Shown: positions 35,851 to 50,992, numbered from the stretch's first letter. The stretch: DNA of 64,000 nt from Octopus vulgaris (GCA_951406725.2 OX597816.1:113832001-113896000), one strand, 5' to 3'. A program made the numbers and translations. The notes: generated by a model not told the origin, from the sequence alone.

Positions 35851-37892
35851 AATATATATTTTTTATGCAAGATACTAATATACTTACAGGGTTTTGTTTT
35901 GTTTTGTTTTTAACTATGATGACTTGAGTATCCAAGCTCTACTTTTATTCTACAAATTGAGAGTTCCATGTGGATATAAGAAAATGTTTTGTCAAACAAT
36001 CTGAAAAGCAGAATAATATTGATGTGAATTTCTGGTGAGTCAGGTTTATGATTCATGAAGATCACATATCTTCATTTTCTTTCTCCTTTAAAATCTTTTA
36101 TGTTTTGTTCCTTTGAAGGAAAATTTTTGATGCGATAACTGAGTTCAAATTTTGTCAATTTATATGATTCTGATACCAGTAAAATAAGTTTCAATAAACA
36201 ATGACAAATAAAGTTATCAATAATATAAATAAATATTTTTCGATCATTTTACTCTTGGGAAACCTTGAAATTATATCATATCTCTTAGGGAATCCCTGTG
36301 TGAAATTATTATATATGTTTATTAATCTATTTATTTCTCTTACATAAAGTCTGGTTTCATAAGAGATTAAACAAATCATAAAACTGTCTTTGAAAGCTAC
36401 CACAAAGAAAATTTATGAAATTTTATCTTAATATCTTGTTTAAACTAAATTCCCTTACAAATCCTTAGTTGAGGTCATTTTGCCATAAGATTGTCTTACT
36501 ACTTATAGATTCCAGTACTTTGAATATGTCATGCATGTATACTAGAATTACAAATACAGAAATAAACACAAAAAGATCCAAGGGTGCTTGTGTTTATTAT
36601 GAGTCTATCACTGCTTCTTGCACAACCCTCTCACACAAAACCCAAGAGTTCCGGCCAAACTTGGGACATGCTGATATAAATAATGGTTTCAAATTGTAGC
36701 ACAAGAACAGCAGTTTTGTGGGGCGGGGAGAGACTAGGTCGTTTCTATTGACCCCAATGCTCAAACGGTACTTATTTCATTGACCCCAAAAGGATGAAAG
36801 GCAAAGTCAGCCTCAGTCGAATTTGAACTCAGCATTTTACCCAGTATTCTAATGATTCTACCAGCTGGCTACCTTTATGCTAATATAAATAATTCTGAAA
36901 GTTATGATGAAGCTGCATTCCTGCTGAAGAGCTTCAACTAAGGTGGACAAAAATAATATTGGTAATCAAATAATATGTTTATCTTACTACATATGAGAAT
37001 GAAAATACTTTGGGTTATTAATGCTCTTTATTAAAGTTGCTTTCAAACACTTAACTATTAATAATATTAATCCATTTTAATTAACCTATGTCTACTTGTT
37101 ACATAGGTTAATGATTAGTATTTTAGTTAATCATTAGTATTTTAATTAACATTCTATTTTTTTTAATATTTGATGAATGAAGGAAGAGTAGATGACATGT
37201 CCCTTTATTTTTTTCAGGGTCTCCAAGATCCTTAGAATGGTCTTCACAACATTCATTAATGAGGTTAAATCAGAATATTTGATCATTTTATGCAGTTGTT
37301 ATTGTTATTTAACTCCAGAAAAACTTTGACTGAGCAGACATATGATAGAAGACATTCCAGCAATGACTATCTCATTCTTCTGTTATAAATTGCACATCTA
37401 GGTTTGCATTAATCTTATGTATCACCCTCTTTCCTAGATAGTCAGGTATAATTTAAGGGTGACTGGGTTGCTATTTCAAACTATTAACAATCATAAAAAG
37501 GCCCCTCTGTGCAACATTTCATGTTATAAACTCCCACTTTTTACCAAAAATCTCATCGAATTTTCTTTCTTATAATCATTTCCTTTTTAATTTTGTTTGC
37601 AGTTCACACAATTTTAGCACAGAATATTGATTTATAGCATTGGTGCATGGGTCATATATTTCAGAGGAGCATGCAGTCAATTATATTGTCCCTGCTACTT
37701 GACTCGTCTTTGTACTTTATTAAGTCTGAAAGAATAAAAGAAAACGAAAATGATTCTGTGGAGATTTGAACTCAGAATGTAAAGAGCAATAATGAAATAG
37801 TACAAGAAATTCTGCTCAGAGCTCTACCAATTTTGCCAATCTGCTGGCCTTATGTTAGGCATATTAAATGTATCAACCTTCTCAAGCTTCTA

Positions 37893-38160
37893 TGTGGAGG
37901 TACATGGCTTAGTGGTTAGGGTGTTGGACTCATGATTGTAAGACTGGTTTCAATTCCTGGACCAAGTGATGTATTGTGTTCTTGAGCAGAGCACTTCATT
38001 TCATGTTGCTTCAGTCCACTCAGCTGGCAAAAATGAGTAAACTTACAATGGACCAGTGTCCTGTCCAGTAGGTAATATATGTGCCCCAGAAACTGAGAAA
38101 ATGGCTCTGAGAAACTGAGAAAATGGCCCCAGAAACTGAGAAAATGCCCTTGGAAGGACC
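37893..38160 (+). mobile_element. SINE family D with a short ~21-bp triplication near its 3' end
   Basis: TGGCTTAGTGGTTAGGG A-box, GGTTTCAATTCC B-box; AGAAACTGAGAAAATG x3. Confidence 0.65.
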
Positions 38161-40384
38161 TCTGTTTTTTATCCTATCTTAAACTTCAGCCTGAGGGGCT
38201 CAGTAAACTACTCTGCCAGTATACAAGGTTTTGAAAATCATTTTGTAAGGCTTAACATAATTCCTTAATGAGCAAGAGATGTTTATTTCAAATGGTTCAA
38301 CTAATGAATATTAGATCTTTTCCTCTCTAAGTACACACACACAAATGCTACATACACTCATACATACATTCATATGCAAACACACACATAAACATGTATA
38401 TACATGCTATATTCATATATATATATATATATATATGCTACGTACATATATACACACACAAACATTCTCAAATATACAAAGAATGGAAGAGTTGCTCCAG
38501 GATGAATCAAGAATGCCAAGGGCATTGTATGAGATATCTGAATCAATAAAAGAAAAGTGTTGAAATTCTTTTACTAATTGGATGCTTTACAGGTAAGCTA
38601 ATACCTGCTACTCAAAGCTGAATAAAGTAAATTATATATTTAAAAGGAAAAAATATTGTTGGACATAGAAATGGTAAATTAAATTTAATCTTTCAATACA
38701 CAACATGATTAAGTTCTTTCAGAAATAATGAATGAATTTAAGAAAAAAATACCTATCAATAAAAAAAGATCAAAATGCAAACCAACAAATTTAAAATGAG
38801 CAAAAAAGCTTTATCTAAATTATAAATAAAAATAAAATGGTTTGAGAAAGCTTGAAGGGAAAGTATAATCAAGAAATGAGAATGTCAATAGATGTTTATG
38901 AAAGAGGAATAGTCAAATGAACTTATAAATCTATCAGAACTTTTAACTCTTTAATGATCATATTTTTTTCTATGAAGGAAGAAATTCTTTGCATCAAATA
39001 AAATGTGATAAAATTTGAAGTATTTTATGCATTATATTCCCTATTCTTTCAATATTGTTTGTGTGTGTTTACATAAATGTATGTCTGCCTTTTGGGATGC
39101 ACAAGTAAAAAAAAAATGAAGAAGAGAAAAGAAAAGAAAAAGGAGAACAAATTACTGATGGCTTTTATTAGTTGAGAATGGAACAGCTTTTACTTGTTTA
39201 ATTCTTCCATAACTGAATATATCAATATCAGAAATTAGGTGTACATCAACTAATAGGAATGTATTGAGCTAATATACACTCCCATTTCTCTATGGCTTTC
39301 AAACAAAACTCACTAGCATATTCACTTCTTTAGGTTTCCATATATATATATATATATATACATATATGTATGTGTATGTGTGTATGCATATGTGTGTGTA
39401 TAAATAATACAATGAGTAAGTATAACTCAATGTGAAGGTATGGGTGCTTTTAGAATATGATCCTTTGAAATCTAAAATTAGTCACTTTATTTAATGAAAA
39501 ATCAAAATGTTTATAAATCATCAATTAACTTAATCTAAGAAAATGTAAAGAAAATAATTTAAGAAAAAAACCCCAAAGATCTTCTAAAACTGTCTTCATA
39601 TTTTCTACATTTTTTAAATCTTAATATTAATGCCATGAGAAAATGTTCTTTTGTTAGATGACAGATTTAGGTCATGTCACGGCATATAAATTTTACTTTA
39701 TTTACCCTTACTTTTATTCTTCTGCAATTTTACTCTCATCATGTTATATGTCATTTAAATTCAGGTCACTTTTTTAATTTTTGCGATAGTGTCTCATCTT
39801 TATTCATTTCTAAAAACAATTATTTGATTTTAACATGATAGATATTGTCACCAATGACCATAAAAGAGAAACAATTTCAGTTGATGGTCGTCATCGTATG
39901 CTATAGAAATAGAATAATTAGACTCAAAAATCAAATTATTGAAACAGCAATTTATATTATTTGAACCACGGCAATTTTTATAGTTTTTTTATTTTTATTT
40001 TTGCTATTTAATTAGCCTTCAATCCACTGGTAGCTCCCATTATCAAGTTTATCAGTTACACTGTATTAGGACCACCTTTCTCTATTAATTTATCTTGGAA
40101 TGTTAGGTTAAAGATGGTTTTCAATATAAGAATTGCCTTATAGCTTCATTAATCCAACAAATAGTGAGATATATTTATTATCATTTATCAGAATTGTTCA
40201 GCATGCATGTGAACATATAATATACATTCTGGCACTTCAAATGTTGTTCACTATATATTCTGTAATGTATTTTATGAGACAGCAAAAGATGATTAGATTG
40301 AGGAAAATGAAGGTTAATAAGGACAGTAACTGTATTTTAGGGGGTTGTTATTTCAAAATATATAAAATAAAAGTAATTATGTGG

Positions 40385-41157
40385 TATTATTTTTATCTTT
40401 TACTGGTTTTAGTCATTAGAGTGCAGCCATGCTGGGGCACCACCCTGAATTTTTAGTATTTATTTTTAAAGTCTGGGGCTTATTCTATTGGTCACTTTTG
40501 CCAAACTGCTAAGTTATGGGAACATAAACACACCAGTACCAGTCGTCAAGCAGTAGTGTGTGTGGTGGTGGTGGGGGGGACACAGACACAAAGATACAAA
40601 CATATCTTGAGGTGGACTGTGAAATTCGATGTGTATATATTTGTGAATATTTGTATGTACTTGCATTTTGCGTGTGCTTTTCTGTGGGCATGTATAGATA
40701 ATTTCATTTATTTCACTCAGTATGTTTTGCTGATGAAGGATTAGTTATCAAACTAATCCAGAAATTGATCAATCCAAAACTATCTGAATTATTTTATGAA
40801 TTTTTTGTCAGTCTGCTTTCCTGTTTTCAACCTGTGTATATATGTGGAGTAAATATTTGAAGTGGTTGGACGTATTTGGTGTCTACTTTCAGCATATAGG
40901 GATGGTAGCTTCTGTACCCTTAAGTATAATTGTACCCTGTACAAATCTCTCTCTCTCTCTCTCTTTATATATATATAAATATATATACATACGCAACAAG
41001 CTTCTTTCAGTTTCAATCTTTCAAATCCACTCAGAAGGCTTTGAATGGCCCAAGGCTATAGTAGAAGACACTTACCTAAGGTACCACACAATGGGACTGA
41101 ATCTGAAGCCATGTAGTTGGGAAGCAAACTTCTTACCACACAGCCACACCTGTGCCT
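40385..41157 (-). mobile_element. SINE family A split by a Penelope-like insert (~40610-40945) in its microsatellite middle
   Basis: Tail at 40385-40600 and head at 40990-41157 in the same orientation. Confidence 0.6.
40716..40787 (+). ncRNA. Putative minimal type I hammerhead-like motif
   Basis: CTGATGA-A-GGATTAGTT(ATCA)AACTAATCC-A-GAAA-TTG-ATC, with GTTTTG / CAAAAC as candidate stem I. Confidence 0.45.
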
Positions 41158-42539
41158 ACTGTTGAATAATTTTTTTAAATATTTACATAAATGCAAAAAC
41201 AATCTTCCTTACATCTACCAAAATATGCTTCTTATTGTTATCAAAGTTAAAATAGTTGTAATATAACTCCTCTCTAACTCCTCCCTGTATGGTCAACTCC
41301 TGTTAACACCAAATCATCTAACCTCATGATTCATGTTTCAGGAGAATTGTACTTAAGAGTGTACCAACCACACACAGTCTATTTTTTTGACTTCTTTTTA
41401 TATTGATATTTTTAGAATACATTATGTGATTTCGAAAGTAAAAATATTCATAAATGCAGTCTCAAAATATGTATTCACAAACATAATTCTACTGATTGAC
41501 CAAAGATAATATTTTAGGAATGAAAAGAATGGATTTTGAAGTTACTTCTTCAAGTCTATGAAAGTGGTGAAAATAATTTGTATAGGCTTAAACACAAGAG
41601 CCTCCACTCACTGCCTTCTTAGTTTCTTTGAATGTCTTTTCAATAAGATGGAATGTGTGTATACATCCAACCATACATAAATAAATACATCCAAAAACAT
41701 ACATCTTTACACACACTCACGCACAAACACACACATATGCACATACACTACACACACACACAGACAGACAACTCACACATTATTCTCATTATTTTAATAT
41801 TTCTTCTTTTCCATCTTGTAATGGTTTGGATGGATCTGCACTATTTTCTCTTTCCCTTATCTCCTGCCTCTCTCTTGGCATACATGCATGCATACATACA
41901 TACATTCATACATACATATGCATGTACATATATATATACATACTCACACACATACGTATATACATACATTTATATGCATGTACATATATATATATACATA
42001 CTCACACACACACATACATGCATACATACATACATATAATCATATGCACATACATACATACGTATATAGGTATGTATGTATGCATGCATGTGCACGCGTG
42101 TGTGTGTGCATGTGTGTCTCCTTGCCTTGACATTATATGACTAGTGAATTATTGTCGCAGTCATTCAAACAATACCATGTCATTGATTTGTAATATTCAG
42201 CAAGAACACATCTGGTCATAGGAAAATATTATTTTACTTGGAAACAGGTAATGGTTGGCAACAAGAAGACATCCAGCTGTAGAGAAAATCTACTTCAACA
42301 AAATTCTATTTCCACCAAGCAAACATAGAAAAGTGAATGCTAAACAAGTAATGATGATGATACAATGGGCTTCTTTCAATTTCTGTCTACCAAATCCATT
42401 CATAAGGTTTCTGTTGGCCCTGGGCTATAGTAGAAGACATCTGTCCTAGTTGCCATACACAGTAGCATTGAACCTGGAACTATGTGGTTGGGAAGTAAAT
42501 TTCTTGCCACACAGTCATGCATATATATATATATATATA

Positions 42540-43268
42540 CAGTAATCCCTTGCTGTGGAGGTGCAATGGCCTAGTGGTTAGAGCAGTGGACTCGTGGTCG
42601 TAGGATTGCGGTTTCGATTCCCAGACCAGGCATTGTGAGTGTTTATTGAGGAGGCTCCGGCAGGGGGTGGTGATGAACCCTGCTGTACACTTTCACCACA
42701 GCTTTCTCTCACTCTTTCTTCCTGCTTCTGTTGTACCTGTATTTTAAAGGGCCAGCCATGTCCCACTCTGTGTCATGCTGAATCTCCCTGAGAACTACGT
42801 TAAGGGTACACGTGTCTGTGGAGTGCTCAGCCACTTGCATGTTAATAAATGAGCTGTGATGTCACTGGTGCCAAGCTGTATCAGCCTTTGCCTTTCCTTT
42901 GGATAACATCGGTGGCATGGAGAAAGGAGGCTGGTATGCATGGGTGACTGCTGGTCTTCCATAAACAATATTGCCCAGACTTGTGCCTCGGAGGGTAACT
43001 TTCTAGGTGCAATACCATGGTCATTCATGACTGAAGGGGGAGGTGTCAAATCACTCGCCATATTGTGGTACAGCTATCGTGGTTTATTATTTAACTTTAC
43101 ATTGATTCCTCTGTGGTATTGTGTTGTATTTATAATAAAATAAATATGCACAAATTATAGAAATAATTAAAAAAAAAATATACAGTACTCTATTGTTTCT
43201 ACTTCGTGGATTTTCACCTATTGCGGGGGTTTTGGAACATAACAGCCATGATAGATGAGGGATTACTG
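42540..43268. mobile_element. pogo/Tigger-like MITE with SINE D (42556-43040) nested near its left TIR
   Basis: TA-CAGTAATCCCT...AGGGATTACTG ends; SINE D head TGGCCTAGTGGTTAGAGC at ~42567. Confidence 0.7.
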
Positions 43269-43367
43269 TGTGTGTATATATATATATATATATAATGTAT
43301 TGCTATTTGTGTGTGCATGTGTGTGTGTGTGGGGTGGGGTGGGGGTGGGGGGGGCGGTGTGCGTGTA

Positions 43368-43514
43368 TTTAGGAAGGGTATCCAGCTGTAGAAACACTGC
43401 CAGATCAGACTGGAGCCTGGTGCAGCCTCCTGGCTTCCCAGACCCCTGTTGAACCGTCCAATCCACATGCTAGCATGGAAAACGGACGTTAAACGACGAT
43501 GATGATGATGATGA
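43368..43514 (+). mobile_element. RTE 3'-tail fragment with (GAT)n
   Basis: TTAGGAAGGGTATCCAGCTGTAGAAACACTGCCAGATCAGAC...CATGCTAGCATGG. Confidence 0.8.
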
Positions 43515-45888
43515 CACACATACATGCACACACACACAAATTAGTACACCATCACACAGTATTTTGGGGGATAATTTGTTATGTAAAGCATACCTACCTA
43601 TTGATTAGTAAAATTACGATTTCTTGGGCCTTACTGTGAAAAGTAATCAAACTAGTTACACCACAGATTTTATTCCTTCTTGGGCAGAAAATGACAAATC
43701 AATATGAATAATTTCTACTCTTCTTAAGCCATCAACAGGGACAGAAAGTCTTTCTTCTTTTCTTGCAAATATTACTAATTCATAGATATTCGTAGAAACT
43801 CAGATTCAGTTAAACTTCTCTGTCTAATTTGCATATCTGTATATACTGAGTTCACAGATAATTAAGTAATAACGTTCTAAGCATCAATTTTTTCATTAAT
43901 TAAATAATTAAGCTGTGCAGAATATTATAATATTGTTAAAAATACTTATGGTTTTTATTTAATTTTCATAATACTATTTCTATTAATTTTAATTTATTTA
44001 TATATAATTTACATTCCTACACATTTTTCCAAGAACGTTTACTTTTCCTGAAGTTGAATGATCAAATCTTTTGATATCTTCATTAGTCTTGCATCTCTAT
44101 ACTAACAAACAAAGAATCAAATGAATAAATAAATAAAATGCATAAATTAACCTCTAGAGAACTAAATAACTTAATGTTAAGTTCTCCTTCTTAACACTCA
44201 TACATTTATTTTAATACTTCACATATTTTAAACTTAAAACCAAATCGGTACTTTTATTGTCTCAAACATAACTTTATATTTTCAGCAATAATTTTATTGC
44301 AGTACAAAGCAATATAAAATTTTCACATATTTTCTGATTTTAATGTTCTTTTCATAAAATCAAAAACTGAAATTCTATATCACTAAATTTCTGAAACTAT
44401 AAGCAGCATCTTAAAAATATTTTCTTTTCTATAATTTTGCATAGTTAATTATATTACCAACTGTATTCTCTTTATTGCTTGAAACCTTTATAATCAATGT
44501 CATTGAGATTACAGGATGCAGTATTCTCAGGTTGACCGTAAATGGAAATAAAAGAACTTACTACAATATCTGGATTGGGAAAAAAAAGTAAAACCATAAG
44601 TGGACAAATGGGTTAATCTATTTGTATATAAATATTTCTTCAGAATGATCTTCTCTGAAACTTGCAAAGAGAGTATTATGATTCGGATTGGAACAAATAT
44701 GAAATATGGCTTTTAATTTATATACGTACATATATTTCCATGGATTGATCAAACCTTTAAATCCAAATGCATATACATACAAGTGGACAAACAATTTACC
44801 AGCTGTATGCTTTGTTCAATTATTGAGAGTTCAACAAATGAAAATAATAAATTTACTTCACACAGTTTCTAACAGGATGTGATCTATATGATGAAAGAGG
44901 GAAAAAAATCTGATAACTTGGAAGCTAATCAAAGGCTTGCCTAATATTAAATAATCATTCCTCAGAAACTCATATCATCTCAGATTTAAAGAAAAGTTGG
45001 AAATAGGATGTTGAAAGAAAGTTATTACTGCCAAGTGAATGCACAATATTGGTGAGAATGGTTTTTACAAGGAAGTGAAACTGGAGTGGAGACTCACTTC
45101 ACCAAGATTTTGCCACTGTACTGCACATACGGTCTAAGGTGAGAGAAACTTCTTATGACATAAAACTGTCAATACAAGAGTTGCATGATTAAAAAGAAAA
45201 ATAATGAGTATTCTAAATTTCCAGCATAAATATTAAATAAGTTTCAAACTTAATGTGGACTAAGGCTTAAAAATAACACCTAAATCATTATCACTTCTGT
45301 CTGTCTACATGTAAACTTAGCTGTAAAAATGGTGGTAGGAAAGTTTTGATGGTGGTTGTAGTATTTTAGAGGTGGCAATGATGATGGTGTATATGCTAGT
45401 AATGATAGTACTTATTATATGTGTCATACCAACATACATAAAACATACAAATAAACAATTACATACGCTCATAAGATGCAAATTACATTTGCAATTTAAA
45501 AAGTAAGCCACAATTTGAAGAATAAGTATTTTTTTTTAATTTACTGTTTAACACATGTCTAATTACATGTCTATGTGAATTAAATTTTTTGTGTATGAAT
45601 CTTCAAATCCTTTTATTAAAAACCAAAGTACATTAGGTAAAATTCAGAAATATAGTTACTTGTCAATCATTCAGATGTTTTTTTAAAGAATTAAATAAAA
45701 ACAAGAAATGTAAATTCTAAAGTTAAAATAATTTTCCAGTAATGTTTAATATTTTAATGTTGATTTTCAAATTGAGTTTTGTTAATTTAAAACTTCACAT
45801 TCATTATATGAGCCTAGCATTTCAGCCTGTCATTTTGTAAACTATGAATTCATACTTTGAAGAATGTGTTTGCCATTAACTATAATAG

Positions 45889-45933
<45 letters not shown>

Positions 45934-46924
45934 TTATATTGCTTATGTATTTTAAGGATATATTTCAATGCCTATTTCCAATCCAAACACAGATATGACA
46001 TTTCTACAAATTTAGATATTGCATATAAACGTTTACATCATCATGTCTTCCTTACATTATTATTCATCTATGAATAGAGAAGATTTGTTTTTCCAGGAAA
46101 TATTTGCACAAAACATGAAGCAAGATCATTTAGCATTTCTGAGATCATACAATTGCTCTTATGTTCTGTACATTGTTAATACTAACTATACACTCTCCTC
46201 TGTAGATTATACAATTCTTTATTATTTTATAACTTTCTGTGCATTTATACCATTCACATGCTACCTTGATGCTTTTCATACCAGATTTACACTGGTTTTA
46301 TGATATCAGAAACGTCTTCCATCAGTGATGTAACAATTTAATCTCCAACAGCTCCAAGACAGGATCACTATAAGTACATAGAAAATAGTGTTGCATTGCA
46401 CACTTCCTGAGTTGGAAACAACACAATAAAATCTATACAACTGTTCTGGATAAGGGACTTTAAAAATTCTGATGATTTCTCATGGCAGTTTCACATATGA
46501 CGAAATTATATTACAATGACTATAATGGCTATTTTTAAGACCAGAAAATATTTCAGGTCTGATAAATTTTCACCGTCTCTAAAACTCAGATATAAGGCAC
46601 ATTGGAATAGTGGGCACACGCACACGCACACACACACACAAGCACAAACATATAGACTCAAGTGTGTGTACATATTAATACTGCTATATTCAAGAATCCT
46701 TGCCTGCATCCAAAAGAAGGCTAGGCATGTAGCTAATTGTATGTAGCATATTATACATCACATATACATACATATATACTTCTTTATTGCCTACAGGGGG
46801 CTAAACATAGAGGGGACAAACAAAGGGATTAAATCGATTACATCGACCCCAGGGCGTAACTGGTACTTATTTAATCAACCCTGAAAGGATGAAAGACAAA
46901 ATCAACATTGGCAGAATTTGAACT

Positions 46925-47580
46925 CAGATGGCTATGTGCAGACCCTTCTGAAGTTCCAAGTGTTATGCATACAAAATTTCCTGCAACTGTCATGGTTTTA
47001 GGGATTGTCAGCAATGAAGGATATGTGATGCCTCCTTACTTCTTTCCACAAGGCCTTAGAGTTAACTCTGCCACCTACATTGAAGTCCTGGAAATAATTG
47101 TTAAGCTCTGGATAGACAGTGTATGCAATGGAAGGTCATATGTGCTTCCATAAGACTGCACTATCACACATGGTTCTAGTAACACAGGAATGGATGGCTA
47201 AAAATTTTCATGATCATATAAACCCTAACATTTGGCCTCCTAATTCCCCACATCTGAATCCATTGGACTATTACACATGAAGCGTTGTTGAGAGAGAGGT
47301 CAATAAACATGCCCATCACACCAAAGATACTTTGAAAGCTGCCATAGTCAGAGTAATGTCCAAAATGAACCAGGACCACTTGATTTGAGCATGTAGATGA
47401 TTTAGATCTCATATAGAAGCAGTTGCTGAAGCTGAAGGTGGCTTTATTGAATAACATTATAGAAAAGGAGGTTTATTTTTATCCTCATAGCATTTTTTTA
47501 TAAATGAAGTTATTATCTGTTATTATATATCTGTTTTTTTTATAAACACAAATCTTTCCTCAAATATCTTACACACCCTG
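46925..47580 (+). mobile_element. DD37D (maT-like) transposase relic with right TIR
   Basis: TKFPATVMVLGIVSNEGYVMPPYFFPQGLRVNS and WPPNSPHLNPLDYY; ends CACACCCTG-TA. Confidence 0.8.
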
Positions 47581-47708
47581 TATATAAAAACATATATATA
47601 TATATATGTAGCGATGGTATGAGAGGTATTGGTATCTAGAAGACCCAATATGTGTGTGTGTGTGTATGCACATATATTCACACACACACATACATTATAC
47701 ATTATATA

Positions 47709-49148
47709 TTAGTTTGGAAACAAAGTTCTGTTACATTTTTGATATGATCACTTCGGGGGTACGATTTCAATACTTAGAGTGAAGTGCATAAGCTTTACAT
47801 TTTAATGTGTTTCTGTCTTTGCAGATCATTTTACACAATAATAGTAAAAATTTGCGCTATATTATTCCTCTAAATGAGTTTAGATCAAACCAATGTCAGA
47901 CAAAATGAGCTCTTCAAAGAATGGAACCAGCAGGAAATTTAAGTGTCCAGATATGCCAATAATGGTTTGGCTGACTTCTCTTGGGACATTTTTCCCTCAC
48001 AAATTTCTGTCAATCTGAACGACCAAATTTTGTGACTGTTGAGAATATACAGAAGATCTTGATGCAAGTAACACTCCGGTCATAAAATACCCTTTACGAA
48101 CTAGGAAAAATGCCAAAACTTGTTATGTGGGTCTTTCAACATCTGACTGTTTCCGCTACTTAAAAAGTTGTTCTGCTAATGATTGAAAAAGAGACTTGGT
48201 ACCAAACCTTTCTTGAGCAGAATCATCACATCTGATTAAAAGTATGTTTTCTAAAATCATATCCAACATAAATGACAATAGTAAGCACCCAATCAGAAAA
48301 TAGAATCCATCCCAAACCAGGAATACAACTAAAATGTTTATGCTGTCTGTTTGGAGGGATATGAAGGGTGTCATCTATCATAAAGTGCTAAACCAAAATG
48401 ACACTGTTAATGTGGAGATGTGTTGTCATCAACTGGAAGCATTGCTTACAATTTGCAGAAAAAGCACTTATTAGTCAGTAATGCATAACCACACATTGCT
48501 CAAACCACCATGGCTCAGTGGTTAGAGCATCAGGCTCACAATCATGAGATAGTGAGTTTGGTTCCTGGCCTGGGCTCTGTGTTGTGTTCTTGAGCAAGAC
48601 ATTTTATTTTACATTGCTCCAGTTCACTCAGCTGTAGAAATGAGGTGCGATGTTACTGGTGCTAAGTTGCATTGGCCTTTCCTTTCCCTTGGATAGCATT
48701 GATGATGAGAGGGGAAGCTGGTATGCATGGTAGACTGCTGGTCTTACATAACAACCCATGCTCAGACTTTTGCCTCAGAGGGGAACTTTCTAGGTGCAAT
48801 CCCATGGTCATTATTGACCGAAGGGGGTTTTAACAAAAGTTTTATCACATCCTCCTTATTCTTCTGACCCTGATCCATCTGATTATCATCTTTTTACATC
48901 ATTTCAACATTATTTAGAAGGGAAAACAGTTTATCCATTGTGAAGAAATTAAAATAATTTTGACTACTTCTTGGCTTCAAAATCTGAAGAGCTTTACACT
49001 CAAGGGATTGAAAATTTGCCAAATAGATGGGATTACATTATCAATAATGAGGGGGAAATGTATGCTGAATAAATCTATCAATTCTGACAAAAGAAGGAGT
49101 TGTTTCTTTCTTGTCTTGAGATGTGACAGGATTTTCTTTCCAACTTAA
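47709..49148 (+). mobile_element. Degraded mariner (DD34D-type) element with nested SINE D (48508-48830)
   Basis: TA-TTAGTTTGGAAACAAAGTTCTGTTACA / TGTGACAGGATTTTCTTTCCAACTTAA-TA ends; HPPYSSDPDPSDYHLF motif at ~48848. Confidence 0.75.
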
Positions 49149-50800
49149 TATATATATATATATTCATGTGTGTGTATTTTCATGTGTGTGTATACATGCA
49201 CACACACACACACATGCAGACACACACACACATGCAGACACACACACACATGCAACTGTCCTAACAGAAGTAGAAAACTATTTCTACCTCTATGATAATA
49301 ATGGAATAGAAATTGGAAGAGAAGCCTTATTAAACTTCATTATATGTGTTATGAAAGATAAAATATATTACACGCATATCACTGGATCCTCAGGCGAATT
49401 CCTTGAAGGTCCAGTGATATATGTTTAAAATTTTATGTAGGCGCTACCTGGCTGACAGAAATGTTAGTATGTCTAACAAATTATAATATTCGATTATGTT
49501 TCATTGCATTCTGAATCTCACCTAAATCCACTTTAATTTTCATCTCCCCCAAGCTGATAGATAAATGATCAATGAATACAACAAAGATTGGGGCCAACAG
49601 ATTTGATAAGTTTGAGAGAAATGAGTAAAAGAAGAAATGCATCATCATCATCACCATAATTGTTGTTGTCATTTCCATGTTAGCATGGTTTGGGCAGGTT
49701 TTCTAGGGGCAGTATCTTACAGTCAGATGCCCTTTCTATTGCCAACACTTTATTAATTCCTTAGAACATGCAAGGACAAGGTACTTCTATTCTAAAACTG
49801 GGATACATGCAATATAAAAAGAATACATGAAGAGAGTGAAAGAATATTATATAAAACCAAGAAAGTTATATATCCTTATGGAATTTTGTCAGTGAACAGG
49901 TTGCGGTCTCAAAGTGACGAAAATATTTTGACAAATTAAATTTAAATGTTGAAGTGAATCTAACGGTTTTTGTATGTTTCTTAAATGGCTTATAAACTCC
50001 TTCCACGCTGCAATTGTTTTCGTTCCAGCATACAATCTCAGATCAGGTCACTTGCTATGCGAGTGCATCTCTGTAAATCTATCTTTTTTTTTGTTTTTGA
50101 TAATTTATTTTGAGTATTTTGCCTTTGCTACTGCTTTGTAATTTACTGGCCAATGATAAAGCTATAAAATTACAACACAAACAGTCCATCAGTTCTATCA
50201 ATTACACTTAATCTGGTAGAATCTATAAAAGCTTAGGGAATTACACCTTTTTTCCTTGGAATAATCCTTGTTGGTTTTTAATATCCATTTTCCATGCATG
50301 CAATGAGGTAAACTTTTTACATTTCGATGCCCTTCCTGTCACTAACCCTTACTTCTTTCCAAACAAGGTAATATTTCCTCATGACTGGATATGCTTTCAT
50401 GGAAGCCTGGAAATGAGGGACACTGTTTGCTTGATAGTGATGTTTATTTATAATTAATGCATGATTTAAAGACAAGGTGACACTAACATTAACTGCCTTA
50501 TACATCCACACACATATATACATATGTGTCCTAGAGCAAGACACCTTATTTCCTATTGCTCCAGTCCACTCAGCTGGCAAAGATGAATAATAACAGTATT
50601 TCAAAATGGCCAGCCAGGTCACACTCTGTATCACACTGAATCTCCCTGAGAATGACATTAAGGGTACACGTGTCTGTGGAGTGCTCAACTACATGCACGT
50701 TAATTTCACAAGCAAGCTCTTCCATTGATTGGATCAACTGAGCCTTCATCGTTGTAACCGACAGCGTGCCATTAAATATATATATATATATATATATATA

Positions 50801-50992
50801 TGGCACTTTAAAAGCACCCACTACACTCTCGGAGTGGTTGGCATTAGGAAGGGCATCCAGTTGTAGAAACTCTGCCGGATCAGATTGGAGCCTGGCGCAG
50901 CCATCTGGTTCGCCAGTCCTCAGTCAAATCGTCCAACCCATGCTAGCATGGAAAGCAGACGTTAAATGATGATGATGATAATGATGATGATG
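50801..50992 (+). mobile_element. Young RTE 3'-tail fragment after (TA)n
   Basis: AAAAGCACCCACTACACTCTCGGAGTGGTTGGC...CCATGCTAGCATGG...(GAT)n. Confidence 0.85.

Noticed and set aside
38480-38598. Coding exon ending at the strong donor CAG/GTAAGC (also 53157 CAG/GTAAGT)
   Set aside because: All frames upstream of the 38592 donor hit stops and no clear acceptor was found; isolated consensus donors are expected by chance in 64 kb
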